Positions 18,415-27,823 of a DNA stretch of 64,000 bases are shown here, piece by piece. The stretch is taken from positions 224,001 to 288,000 of the forward strand of contig CAWBEI010000003.1 of NCBI GenBank assembly GCA_963787835.1, in the 5' to 3' direction. Position 1 is the first letter of the stretch. Each line of letters begins with the position of its first letter. The notes beneath the pieces are model-generated. The model searched no databases. It was given only the letters and a program-made list of their open reading frames with translations, and had not been told where the DNA came from. A program made the position numbers and the translations under genes. Origin of the DNA: Ignavibacteriota bacterium. GTDB taxonomy: Bacteria; Bacteroidota; Ignavibacteria; Palsa-1295.

Positions 18415-20118
18415 ATGTCCGAAACTTTCCAGGTAACAGCCCTTAAATGGCGCCCCATGCGATTCGATGACGTGGTCGGTCAGGATCACGTCACGCGCAC
18501 GCTAAAAAACGCCATTGCATCCGACCGGCTTGCTCACGCGTTCCTATTCACCGGTCAACGCGGCTGCGGCAAAACCACTGTTGCTCGTATTCTTGCCAAA
18601 GCCGTTAATTGCCCGAACGCAGCATCGAATGGCTACGAACCATGCAATTATTGCGAGAACTGCCTTGCCATTACCGAAGGCCGCTCGATGGATGTGGCGG
18701 AGATCGATGGCGCTTCTAATACCGGAGTTGATGACGTCCGCATGTTACGCGATAACGTCAAGTATCCGCCGCTGACGGGAAAGTACAAAGTTGTTATCAT
18801 CGACGAAATTCACATGCTTTCTAACAATGCATTTAACGCACTGTTAAAGACGTTAGAAGAGCCGCCGCGTCATCTCATTTTTGTTTTCGCTACTACGGAA
18901 GTTCAAAAAGTCCTCCCGACGATTCTTTCCCGCACCCAGCGTTACGATTTCCGGCGTATTCAGCTTGAAGAGATCACCCGACGTTTGCGAACAATCGCCG
19001 AGGCTGATGGAATTACGATCGAGGATGATGCGCTCATCATCATTGCAAAAAAAGCCGATGGTTCCATGCGAGATGCGCAATCCTTGATGGATCAGGTAAT
19101 TGCATATTGCGGAATGACCGTGGAAACTTCTCGCCTGCGCGAAGCCCTCAACCTCATAGATCTTGATTTTTATTTCGAGGTAAGCGAAGCAATTGCGGAC
19201 CGCACTCCCAAACGCGCCTTTGAACTGAGCGGCGAAATTATATCGCGTGGGTACGATGTGGAGGAATTTTTTTCTGGCTTGCTTGAGCATTTCCGGAATA
19301 TCCTGACCGTCCGCATTACAGGGACTACCAAGCAATTAGAGGTCTCAAAAGCGCATCAGGAGCGATATTCCAATCATGCCGAGCAATTCAACGAGGCTGA
19401 TGTACTTCGACTCGTTCGGCTGGGACAAACGGCATTCGAGCGCCTGAAATCTACCCACGACCCACGTATTGTTCTTGAAGTGGCTCTGGTTGAAATGATG
19501 ATGCTGGAACGAGCCATCGAAGTATCACAGCTTATTGAGGAAGTTCGTGCGCTTCGTGGAGTTGCTCCAATGAGCCTACCTCAGAACCCCGCCACGCCGG
19601 AAAAAAAAAGTAGCAACATAGCGGCAGGCCCAGCAAATGGAAGTTTGCCTCCCTCCATTCCTAAAATATCTGCAGCGGCTCCATCTTCAAAGCCACAAAT
19701 AGTTCAAGAGGCCGTTCCCGAACAAAAAGAAACACTCGATACCGATACTGTTGCTTCCCGCTGGCTGGAGTTTGGAGATTTCTTAAGAACAAGATCCCGC
19801 CCGCTTTGGTCTATTCTTCCTGAACTGGAATTCTGCGGCGTTCGCCGAGCTACGATCTACTTTGGAGTTCCCGGCGCAGCGCAGAAGGGCATGCTGATGA
19901 ATATGAAGGACGAGATGCAACTTGCCCTGAAAGAATTCTTCGGCGCGCCTTTACAATTCGAGGCCGGCCCCAAAAGCGAAATGCATGTAAAAGCCGGCTC
20001 GCCGGTGGTGATGAATCCTGAAATTGTTGCCCTGGTCGCACCTGAATCAAAGCCATCCACTGTAGAACGATCGGAATTGGAAATGGCACTTCTTGAATTG
20101 GGAGCGCAGGAAGTGTGA
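18415..20118 (+). CDS. dnaX: DNA polymerase III subunit tau/gamma
   Basis: 'KWRP..FDDVVGQ', Walker A 'GQRGCGKT', zinc module, 'DEIHML...FNALLKTLEEPP'. Confidence 0.97.
   Translation: MSETFQVTALKWRPMRFDDVVGQDHVTRTLKNAIASDRLAHAFLFTGQRGCGKTTVARILAKAVNCPNAASNGYEPCNYCENCLAITEGRSMDVAEIDGASNTGVDDVRMLRDNVKYPPLTGKYKVVIIDEIHMLSNNAFNALLKTLEEPPRHLIFVFATTEVQKVLPTILSRTQRYDFRRIQLEEITRRLRTIAEADGITIEDDALIIIAKKADGSMRDAQSLMDQVIAYCGMTVETSRLREALNLIDLDFYFEVSEAIADRTPKRAFELSGEIISRGYDVEEFFSGLLEHFRNILTVRITGTTKQLEVSKAHQERYSNHAEQFNEADVLRLVRLGQTAFERLKSTHDPRIVLEVALVEMMMLERAIEVSQLIEEVRALRGVAPMSLPQNPATPEKKSSNIAAGPANGSLPPSIPKISAAAPSSKPQIVQEAVPEQKETLDTDTVASRWLEFGDFLRTRSRPLWSILPELEFCGVRRATIYFGVPGAAQKGMLMNMKDEMQLALKEFFGAPLQFEAGPKSEMHVKAGSPVVMNPEIVALVAPESKPSTVERSELEMALLELGAQEV
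19600..19621 (+). other. dnaX A9 slippage/frameshift site with nearby stops in both alternative frames
   Basis: GAA AAA AAA AGT in frame 0; -1 frame AAG TAG; +1 frame GTA GCA ACA TAG. Confidence 0.75.
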
Positions 20119-20119
20119 T

Positions 20120-20766
20120 ATGATGACCGAACCAAATCTTTCTAATGCTACTTGTTATTATCGAACACGGGAATCCCGCTGGCTCTTGATGATTATAGTA
20201 ATTGTTGGATTTGCTTTCTCCGCTTATGAGACAATCTCTGGCATCAATCAAGGACTTCAGTGGTATCAATTAACCTATAATCCATTTCGTTATTATTCCT
20301 ATCATTATTATCATTATCATTTAGGCCCTCCTCTATTCGTTTGGCTTTTGCTTGCGTTATTCTTTGTAATTCTCTTGATCCTAAATGTTCCTGCATTTTC
20401 TACTCCGGACCCACACTTGCAATCTCTAAAGAAGGCATATACTATGAGTTTCTTAGTAGAAAGCTAATATTGATTGGATGGGATGATATTGCCCGATTGA
20501 CAGCATCGGACGTTACTTGGCGCGGTTCTACGATCCATAATATTTTTATTGAACTAAAAGATTCGCACAAAACCCTTGAACATATTAAAGAGCGATCAGG
20601 AACGGTTCCATTTGTTTTCGGACTTCAATTTGGTTTCAGAGACCCTACAAAGCCATTACGCATTTTAGCAGACAACATCGAAAATGCCACGCGAGATCAA
20701 ATTTTGGATCAATTAGGGACACAACTTTCAGAGTACCGAAAACATAATTCGGTTCATGGAACATAG
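20120..20766 (+). pseudogene. Membrane protein (2 TM + PH-like domain) split by a single-base frameshift near 20396-20399
   Basis: ORFs 20120-20467 and 20341-20766 join as 'VPAFFYSGPTLAISKEGI...IGWDDI' if one T is added to the T4 run. Confidence 0.6.
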
Positions 20767-20799
20767 ATCCAGTGGATTCCCGCTTTCGCGGGAATGACA
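20766..20799. repeat. REP-like palindrome TGGATTCCCGCTTTCGCGGGAATGAC (family B)
   Basis: Identical to 48188-48213; lies between convergent genes. Confidence 0.9.
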
Positions 20800-20801
20800 T
20801 T

Positions 20802-21047
20802 TTAAGCCACTTTTGCCGCCTTGGCCAGCTTCGATTTCTTATTGGCGGCGAAATTCTTGTGGACAAGTCCCTTGCGGGCGAGCTTATCCAAACGGCTCTG
20901 GATCGTCTTGAGATCGGTGGGCGCACCCTCCGGGGATTCTGCAAATCCCTTCAAAAGTTTACGTAAATCGACCTTTTGGCCCTTATTGGCCGTGCGGCGC
21001 TTCTCCGAAAGACGAACGCGGCGTACCGCTCCTTTATGCTGAGGCAT
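20802..21047 (-). CDS. rpsT: 30S ribosomal protein S20
   Basis: 'HKGAVRRVR...LDKLARKGLVHKNFAANKKSKL'. Confidence 0.95.
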   Translation of the reverse strand: MPQHKGAVRRVRLSEKRRTANKGQKVDLRKLLKGFAESPEGAPTDLKTIQSRLDKLARKGLVHKNFAANKKSKLAKAAKVA

Positions 21048-21117
21048 GAATTAATCTAATGTAAAATTTCTATTCGAATTGGAGCCGACAAACGCCGGAA
21101 TTGCCCTCTTTAGTTCA

Positions 21118-21262
21118 GACTGGGATTCATAGGATTTTTAGGGATTCATGAGATAGGAAAAATCGCTCATTCTAAACTCGAAAACGTCTTCTTGTAATAA
21201 AGATTGAAAAACCTTACCAATCCCCATCGCATGAATCCCCAAAAATCTCACGAATCCCAGTC
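21118..21262. repeat. MITE-like element with ~40-bp terminal inverted repeats GACTGGGATT... (family C, copy 1)
   Basis: 21118-21157 pairs with 21222-21262; second copy at 25644-25741. Confidence 0.8.
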
Positions 21263-22535
21263 ACGTCTTCAATTTCCGCTTCTTCGCTGCAGGGAAAAGC
21301 ACGTTATTCAATATCAAACGGTAGCCCGGCGAATTTTTATGCAACTTCAAGTCTGTCGGCGGATCACCCACCTGGTGCGTGTATGCCTCCGGATCATGCC
21401 CGCCATAGAAGCAGAAAAAGCCGCGACCGTAGTTAGAGTAAAGATATTTCACCTGATCGGTCCCCTCCCGCTGGCCTAAAATGGTCACATCTTTCTTGAT
21501 AAGCTCTTTATGGAATCCGGTGGTCTGCCCCATGAATCCTTTTACCACATTAGTGTGATCCTGCGTAAGCATAGTCGGGACGGGATCGTATTTCGCGGAA
21601 AAATCGAACAGCGTGAAATAGTCGTTATCTTTCGAGCCAACCTCGTTCGGCTGAATATCGATGTCGCTGAACTCATACGCGAACGGGTTTGGATTCACTT
21701 TGAAATTTTCGAATGCGAACGTCTTGGAATAATCAAGCTTTGACTGATAATTCGGATCGACCGGATCGCCATCGAATTCTGCTGCACAAATGTCATCGTT
21801 CTCAGCAGCAAGGGCAATGTCATAGGTATCGGTTGCCGAGCACATGGCAAACATGAAGCCGCCATTGGCAACGAACTCCTTGATCTTCCGTGCAACGGCT
21901 TTTTTTTCCTCACTCACTTTTGCATAGCCTAATTTTTTTGCTTCATCTTCCAGCATTCGCACTTGCGCCTGATACCATGGCGCTGAACTATAATTCCCGT
22001 AGAATTTTCCATATTGTCCCGTAAAATCTTCGTGATGGAGATGCAGCCAGTCATATTGCTTCAGCTTATCTCCCAGGACTTCATCGTCCCATATCTTATC
22101 GTAGGGGACTTCGGCGTATTCCAGCGCCAGTGTTACGGCATCGTCCCACGGCTGAAATCCAGGTGGAACATAAACGGCGATCTTCGGCGCTTTTTCCAGC
22201 TTTACAACATCCATGTTCTTCGCAGGCTCCTGCACCAGATCGTAGATGGATTTCGCGGCTCCGGCATCGACCGTCTCGAACGATACGCCTCGGATACGGC
22301 ATTCGGCAGCCAGCAGATCGGAATAATCGGCCATAAAGCTTCCGCCTCGGTAATTCAATAGCCAATCGACTGCCAGCCCTTTCTGCAGTGCCCAGAAGGT
22401 GATTCCGTAGGCTTTCAGATGGTCCGTCTGATCGAGATCCATCGGAATAAGCAGCTTATTTTGAGCAATGCTAACGGAAGATGATAAAAGAAGTAATGCC
22501 GTGACCAGCGGCAGGAGGAATTTTCGAACGTTCAT
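21261..22535 (-). CDS. Conserved exported FCB-group protein (family often labelled 'asparagine synthetase B'; function unverified)
   Basis: Signal peptide; 'HLKAYG', 'WLLNYRGGSF', 'DWLHLHHEDFTGQYGKF', 'FAMCSATD', 'YGGHDPE'. Confidence 0.75.
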   Translation of the reverse strand: MNVRKFLLPLVTALLLLSSSVSIAQNKLLIPMDLDQTDHLKAYGITFWALQKGLAVDWLLNYRGGSFMADYSDLLAAECRIRGVSFETVDAGAAKSIYDLVQEPAKNMDVVKLEKAPKIAVYVPPGFQPWDDAVTLALEYAEVPYDKIWDDEVLGDKLKQYDWLHLHHEDFTGQYGKFYGNYSSAPWYQAQVRMLEDEAKKLGYAKVSEEKKAVARKIKEFVANGGFMFAMCSATDTYDIALAAENDDICAAEFDGDPVDPNYQSKLDYSKTFAFENFKVNPNPFAYEFSDIDIQPNEVGSKDNDYFTLFDFSAKYDPVPTMLTQDHTNVVKGFMGQTTGFHKELIKKDVTILGQREGTDQVKYLYSNYGRGFFCFYGGHDPEAYTHQVGDPPTDLKLHKNSPGYRLILNNVLFPAAKKRKLKT

Positions 22536-22582
22536 ACAAATACTAACTTCGAGCGCCTCAAAAGGATTGCCAGTTCAAAGCT

Positions 22583-22813
22583 TTATTGCTTTAATTCTTT
22601 GTCATTATTTACCATCCATCGCCTGAGCGCAACCACGCCCCATAATCCCTCCACAATCGCAAACGGAACGGAGTCGATAAGCACCGCATACGTACTGGCC
22701 CCGAAACAGGAGATAGCGAATACCAGCCGCCACACTCTTCCCCGCTTGTCGAGCAGGTACGATAGGAACATCATCGTAACACAGGTAAAACCAAACGCCT
22801 CTGTAACAGTCAT
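22583..22813 (-). CDS. Small membrane protein (CBU_0592-like)
   Basis: Three hydrophobic segments, 'PFAIVEGLW...RRW'. Confidence 0.6.
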   Translation of the reverse strand: MTVTEAFGFTCVTMMFLSYLLDKRGRVWRLVFAISCFGASTYAVLIDSVPFAIVEGLWGVVALRRWMVNNDKELKQ

Positions 22814-22897
22814 TGCATATCTCGAACAATTCTTCAGAGAAGACACGTTCTTTCCTTGTAACTTTCGCTCTCTTGATGTGTTTTAATAGTAGTCTTT

Positions 22898-23416
22898 ATG
22901 AAAGCAATTCTCTTCACACTATTTGTTGGAAGTGCGCTTCTTTGCGGCTCGTGCGGCGGCACGAACTATATCGTAACGGATTCCGCGCCGGACTATATCA
23001 CGCGCGATTCCCTCAATAATTCCGTTGCGGTCGTAGCCGCGCAGCCGGTTCTTCATCCGGCCCATGTTGTTTCATTCGGGAATTATCTTTTCGTCAACGA
23101 ACCGTATCAGGGATGGCACATCATCAATAACACGAATCCCGCAGCCCCGAGCAACGTGGCATACATTTCTGCTCCCGGCAGCCTCGATGCAACTGCATCC
23201 AGCGGCTATCTCTATCTTCAAAATTCGGTGGATCTTGTGGTCTTGAGTATTGCAAATCCAGCACAACCGGTTGTAGTGAAACGAATGCAAAATGTTCTGA
23301 ATATTCCGGCCTCACCGCATGACCCGACCGGGTATGATTCCCCAGCCGATGGCTTGGAAATCATTAATTGGCACGATACAACTGTTTCGGAGACTCTGGG
23401 CGGCCTATACTTCTGA
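22898..23416 (+). CDS. LVIVD-repeat lipoprotein
   Basis: Lipobox-like Cys; 'YLFVNE..G.HIINN.NPA.P', 'DLVVLSIANP' repeats. Confidence 0.75.
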   Translation: MKAILFTLFVGSALLCGSCGGTNYIVTDSAPDYITRDSLNNSVAVVAAQPVLHPAHVVSFGNYLFVNEPYQGWHIINNTNPAAPSNVAYISAPGSLDATASSGYLYLQNSVDLVVLSIANPAQPVVVKRMQNVLNIPASPHDPTGYDSPADGLEIINWHDTTVSETLGGLYF

Positions 23417-24192
23417 TGAAAAAACTCAGTGTTGTTCACCTGATCGCTCTGTTGCTCTTCGTCATCTGCGGATGCTTTCAACAGGCAACTCCACCAACGG
23501 AGCATGTTGCGAGTTGCAGTACGTCGGGATGGGCCTACAGCCTCGTGAGTAACGGAAATTATATTCAAGTAGCAGACTATACGAGTCTCTATTCACTATC
23601 GAATCCGGCAGATCCCACACCCTCCGGATACTCAGCGTTCGGCTTATACGATACCACATTCATGGATAGCGCCAATGAATATAATTGCTTTGGAAGCCGT
23701 TTTGAGTTTGGCCCTATTGCATCGACAAGCTATCCGCTTACGGTAACGATATTATCGGGATATGCCCGGCACATTGCAATAGCCGATAGCCTTATCTACA
23801 TCATTCGGCACACGACCTACCCGGGAACCAACGTATTCTGCCAGCAGGCGGTCGATTCCGTGAACGGGCTCGATGTTGACCAATTCGACCCGCATCAACC
23901 GAATGACACTTCGGAATTTGCTACCCTTCTGACAAAGATCCCATTCACCGACCCAACCGACATAGCCATTCAGGGCAGCACGCTTTTTGTGTTAGATGCT
24001 TCGACGGGATTGCAAATATTTAGTCTTTCAAATCCAGCGAACCCGGCGCTTATCGCGCAAGCTCCGAACGTGCAGGGCTATCATATTCAGGTTACCTCGC
24101 AATCGACACTTCTGGTCACATCTGCCACCGGACTCGCACAATATGATATCTCCAATCCCGCCTCGGTAATTTTGCTTAGCAAGATACAGTAA
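23416..24192 (+). CDS. LVIVD-repeat lipoprotein
   Basis: TGATG coupling to the upstream gene, lipobox 'ICGC', 'GLQIFSLSNPANP', 'QYDISNP'. Confidence 0.75.
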   Translation: MKKLSVVHLIALLLFVICGCFQQATPPTEHVASCSTSGWAYSLVSNGNYIQVADYTSLYSLSNPADPTPSGYSAFGLYDTTFMDSANEYNCFGSRFEFGPIASTSYPLTVTILSGYARHIAIADSLIYIIRHTTYPGTNVFCQQAVDSVNGLDVDQFDPHQPNDTSEFATLLTKIPFTDPTDIAIQGSTLFVLDASTGLQIFSLSNPANPALIAQAPNVQGYHIQVTSQSTLLVTSATGLAQYDISNPASVILLSKIQ

Positions 24193-24216
24193 AGTATACT
24201 GGCTTACCTACGTCTG

Positions 24217-24885
24217 CTACTTCACAATAAACTTGGCAATCTCATAGCCGCTGCCGGTTCCGAAATGTCCGGTGGAATCGCGCTGGGGCAGCACGTTCTG
24301 TTCGAGGAGAATTCCGGTCGTGGTATCGTACCATTCTTTTAGCGTCTCGCCCTGTATTCCCGCAGCGGTAGGACCGGTATATACATCGAACGTCTCGGAG
24401 TTGAATTGCTGCCCAGCAAAGAGCAGAGGGTCAGGGCCGGTATAGGTGTACCATGTGCTGTTGGCGGGGTTGGGATCGATAGAGGCGAATGTGTGCATAC
24501 TGTCCATTGGAACGGTGATCCATGTTCCGCTTTGTCCCGCCCCCGGATTCATATAATACGAAATGTTACCGCTCGTATCGTAATTGACATACTGAAACAG
24601 GAAATTCGGCGTAAACTCCGTTACGTACGTCTCGCCAAACATCGAAATGCCTGTGGCGAGCACCGTATCGCCATAGAGCGTGCTTGAATCAACACTCCTG
24701 ACGGTGCCGGTGGAATCGACCGTGACCCGATAATACAGGAATGAACTGCCAACTCCCGGAGATACCGGCTTGACCGGCAAAGCCGGGGCCGGACTTGTTG
24801 AATTCGATTTACATCCGGCCAGGAAAGAAATTGCGACAGCGACGAGAACGACAGCCAGAGGGTATTCTTTTAGATTCATTTGCAT
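24217..24885 (-). CDS. Hypothetical lipoprotein
   Basis: Lipobox 'LAGC' followed by an S/T/P-rich linker. Confidence 0.75.
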   Translation of the reverse strand: MQMNLKEYPLAVVLVAVAISFLAGCKSNSTSPAPALPVKPVSPGVGSSFLYYRVTVDSTGTVRSVDSSTLYGDTVLATGISMFGETYVTEFTPNFLFQYVNYDTSGNISYYMNPGAGQSGTWITVPMDSMHTFASIDPNPANSTWYTYTGPDPLLFAGQQFNSETFDVYTGPTAAGIQGETLKEWYDTTTGILLEQNVLPQRDSTGHFGTGSGYEIAKFIVK

Positions 24886-24953
24886 TTGATTCGCGTGTTG
24901 ACAACCTTAGCTCACAAATAGTTGCCAAGCACAGCGCCAAACCTGCGAATTTC

Positions 24954-25631
24954 TCAATATTGCAGCTTCGGATGCCAATCCGCGCCACGGCCTTCGGGAG
25001 TGTAGTCGAACAAATTCCAAACGGGCCAGATTATATCGACATGACGATGATGCTGACCCGGATCGGCAGGAGCAAAGAGCAATTCCGTTGCATACGTATG
25101 GAATATCCCATCCGGAGTTTTCGAAAACACATTAAGTATAGGCAACTGATTTCCTTTTTCATTTTCGCCGAGATAATCGTGATTGTACGTGTTGGAGAAC
25201 GAGGAAAGCAACCGCACGTTGCGCCAGCCTCGCCCGCTCGCCCATTCCAGCGTTTTCTCGATAGGCGCTTTCGTTACCACGACAAAATTGATCTTGTCGC
25301 GCACATGCGTCGTAGAGCCATCAAGCCCATCAACGATGGAGTTACAGCTCGGGCAAGGGAACTTGTCATCCGGATGGTACATCATGCTATAGATCACGAG
25401 GGATGGTTTACCCTCCGCGAACAATTCCGAAAATTTCGTGGTACGCTTCTCGCCATTCACCATTTCATCGAACACATAATCTTCCTTCAGTTTGCCGCCG
25501 ATGGGAAGTTCGCGTCGCATCTGTGCAACACGCTCGGTGTGGCGGCGCAGCGCGATCTCTTCTTCGAGCAGCGCATTTCTGGCATCGCGGTACTGTTGAT
25601 CCTCGTTAGGAAAATTTTTGGTGTGTAGCAT
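24954..25631 (-). CDS. DUF899 family thioredoxin-like protein
   Basis: 'AR..LL.EE....R......RRELP', 'CPSC', 'LFDYTPEGR'. Confidence 0.9.
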   Translation of the reverse strand: MLHTKNFPNEDQQYRDARNALLEEEIALRRHTERVAQMRRELPIGGKLKEDYVFDEMVNGEKRTTKFSELFAEGKPSLVIYSMMYHPDDKFPCPSCNSIVDGLDGSTTHVRDKINFVVVTKAPIEKTLEWASGRGWRNVRLLSSFSNTYNHDYLGENEKGNQLPILNVFSKTPDGIFHTYATELLFAPADPGQHHRHVDIIWPVWNLFDYTPEGRGADWHPKLQY

Positions 25632-25643
25632 AATGGAAAGCGT

Positions 25644-25741
25644 GACTGCGATTCGTTAGATTTTTAGGGATTCTTAGGATGATAATTGTAAACACTTATT
25701 TCCATCACAAAAATCTCCTAAAAATCTCACAAATCCCAGTC
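25644..25741. repeat. MITE-like element, family C copy 2
   Basis: GACTGCGATTCGTTAGATTTTTAGGGATT ... AAAAATCTCACAAATCCCAGTC. Confidence 0.8.
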
Positions 25742-27720
25742 TAAAAAGAATCCCCTCTCAACTTCCGTGCTCTATCGCGGGCATCATTGACGAAATTGGA
25801 GTTGGGGTATCTCGCAAGAAAATCCTCGTATAATCTTTCAGCCCTCGGCTTGTCGTGCATGTCGCGCTCGACGATCTCCGCCTCGCGAAATGCCGCCACA
25901 TCCAACAGCGGACTGGAAAGCAATTTTGTTTGCATGGAGTCTAACTCGCGTATAGCCTCCTCGGCTCGCCCCAGCTTTACAAGCACGGCTGCGCTTCGGA
26001 GCGCGGCGTTATCGGCAAGCGGCGCATTGATCTCCGTATCGATGATGGCACGGAAGGCTGCTTCCGCCTCAGCATACTTATGGGCTTGTTCCGCAAGCGC
26101 GCCTTTCGCAAAATACCTAAGCGAGGGCAACCCACCCGGCGTATTGCCTTGCTCAATAATGCCGACGAGCGCAATGGCGTCATTCGCATAATCGCTCGAA
26201 GCATCGGCGGCAACTGTTTCGAGCAGGACCGTGGATGTATCAAAATTCCCCTGATAATATTGCCCCAACGCCCGGTCGTACATAATGTGATTGCGGATCT
26301 CCCTTTCATTTTGAGGATGATACGTTCCAAGCATCTCCTCAATATGTTGAAGCCGGGCATTCGCCAATGGGAAATCTTCCGAAGCATACGCAATATCCAC
26401 CAATCGGAACGCCGCTTGCCGCACCAGGTCGCTGAGGCCATTATGCGTGTGTGCAACAGCAGATTCCAGATCCTTCGCCGCGCGCGTCAGATCGAACAGA
26501 TCGGTATAGGCAAGGTTACCGGCGTGCAACAGCGCGTCCAGCGATAACTCGTTCATAACCCCACTCGCCGCAAATGATTCATATCTCGAGATGAGCGCGG
26601 CAATAGAATCCTTCCAGAATGGGCGGTCATCATTGGGCTTAGAGTGATAATATGCTTCCCAAGTTTTGAGCGAACCAAGTTCAGCCTGTTGCACATAAAA
26701 ATCCTGCCCACGGCTTGCTTTGAGTCTGCGCGATGCTTCTGCATACGCCGTCGCAGCGACATCCAGGGCGCCTTCACTTCGCGCCCGTTCCGCGAACGCC
26801 AGCAACTCCCCTCCCTCATATCCCGGAGTTCCCGATGTGAGATCGTCGAGCTGGATCATCGTCTGAAGCGCTTTGGCATAGTCCTTCTTCTCACCATAGA
26901 GCCAGGAAAGCAATCGCAAATTTGCGCGCGTGGGGCCACCGGAAGCCGTTGCGTCAGCCGAGAGGATCTCCCCTTCAAGCGCGCCAAGCACGGTTGCGCG
27001 GGAAAGAGAATCGGTCAGGTATTCGGCAAGGCGCTGCTCGACCATCCCCACATTTCCCTCACCCTCTTTTAAGATCGTGATAAATTCTTTGGATGCGCGG
27101 TCGAACTCTCCAAGCCGGAGATACACTCCGGCGATCTGGCTCGAGCAAATATCGCCATAGCCATTGGTCGCCGCGGAACTCGGGGCATTCTTACGCATCG
27201 CATCGAGCAATTCAAGCGCATCCTGATTGTAGGAAACATCCATCATCGCATAGACGATGGGAAAAAGGGCAGTGCAATCCTTTGCATTGATCAACCCCTC
27301 CGCCTGTTGAAATTTAGCGAGAGATTCCGTTCGCTTCCCCATCCATGCCTCGATGCGAGCGGAAAGCAGAAGAATATCGACCGAGCTATCCGTCTGAAGC
27401 CGCACATTTACGATCTTTTCTGCATCGTCGAACCGCTTAAGTGCAACCAGGGATCGCAGGTATCCATCGAATACGGTTTCGTCCCTCGGACTTAAGGTGT
27501 ATAGCTCCCCATAGACCCGCGCAGCATTTGCAGGATCGTGGTTCTCTTCATACACTTCCGCAATTTGAAGCTTCTGATTAAACTCCGCTGGACTTAACCT
27601 CGGCGCCTCACGAGGCTCACCCTCTGGATTGCCGGGGTTTTGAGCAATCGCAGCCAACGGCAACGTCAACAACGCAGCCACCAGTGATATAAAGAGTCCT
27701 ATCTTGTGCAACCGTGACAT
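25741..27720 (-). CDS. Exported TPR protein
   Basis: Signal peptide, TPR repeats, C-terminal 'YEDFLARYPNS..V.DAR.R.RKLRGD'. Confidence 0.85.
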   Translation of the reverse strand: MSRLHKIGLFISLVAALLTLPLAAIAQNPGNPEGEPREAPRLSPAEFNQKLQIAEVYEENHDPANAARVYGELYTLSPRDETVFDGYLRSLVALKRFDDAEKIVNVRLQTDSSVDILLLSARIEAWMGKRTESLAKFQQAEGLINAKDCTALFPIVYAMMDVSYNQDALELLDAMRKNAPSSAATNGYGDICSSQIAGVYLRLGEFDRASKEFITILKEGEGNVGMVEQRLAEYLTDSLSRATVLGALEGEILSADATASGGPTRANLRLLSWLYGEKKDYAKALQTMIQLDDLTSGTPGYEGGELLAFAERARSEGALDVAATAYAEASRRLKASRGQDFYVQQAELGSLKTWEAYYHSKPNDDRPFWKDSIAALISRYESFAASGVMNELSLDALLHAGNLAYTDLFDLTRAAKDLESAVAHTHNGLSDLVRQAAFRLVDIAYASEDFPLANARLQHIEEMLGTYHPQNEREIRNHIMYDRALGQYYQGNFDTSTVLLETVAADASSDYANDAIALVGIIEQGNTPGGLPSLRYFAKGALAEQAHKYAEAEAAFRAIIDTEINAPLADNAALRSAAVLVKLGRAEEAIRELDSMQTKLLSSPLLDVAAFREAEIVERDMHDKPRAERLYEDFLARYPNSNFVNDARDRARKLRGDSF

Positions 27721-27823
27721 GACCAGAGGTAATCGGCGTGATGAATGTGAGCTATCTAGAAAATTCAACCTGCTATCCGAACGATCGGTTTCACCGATTC
27801 GATGATGGAAATTTCATCAATGA

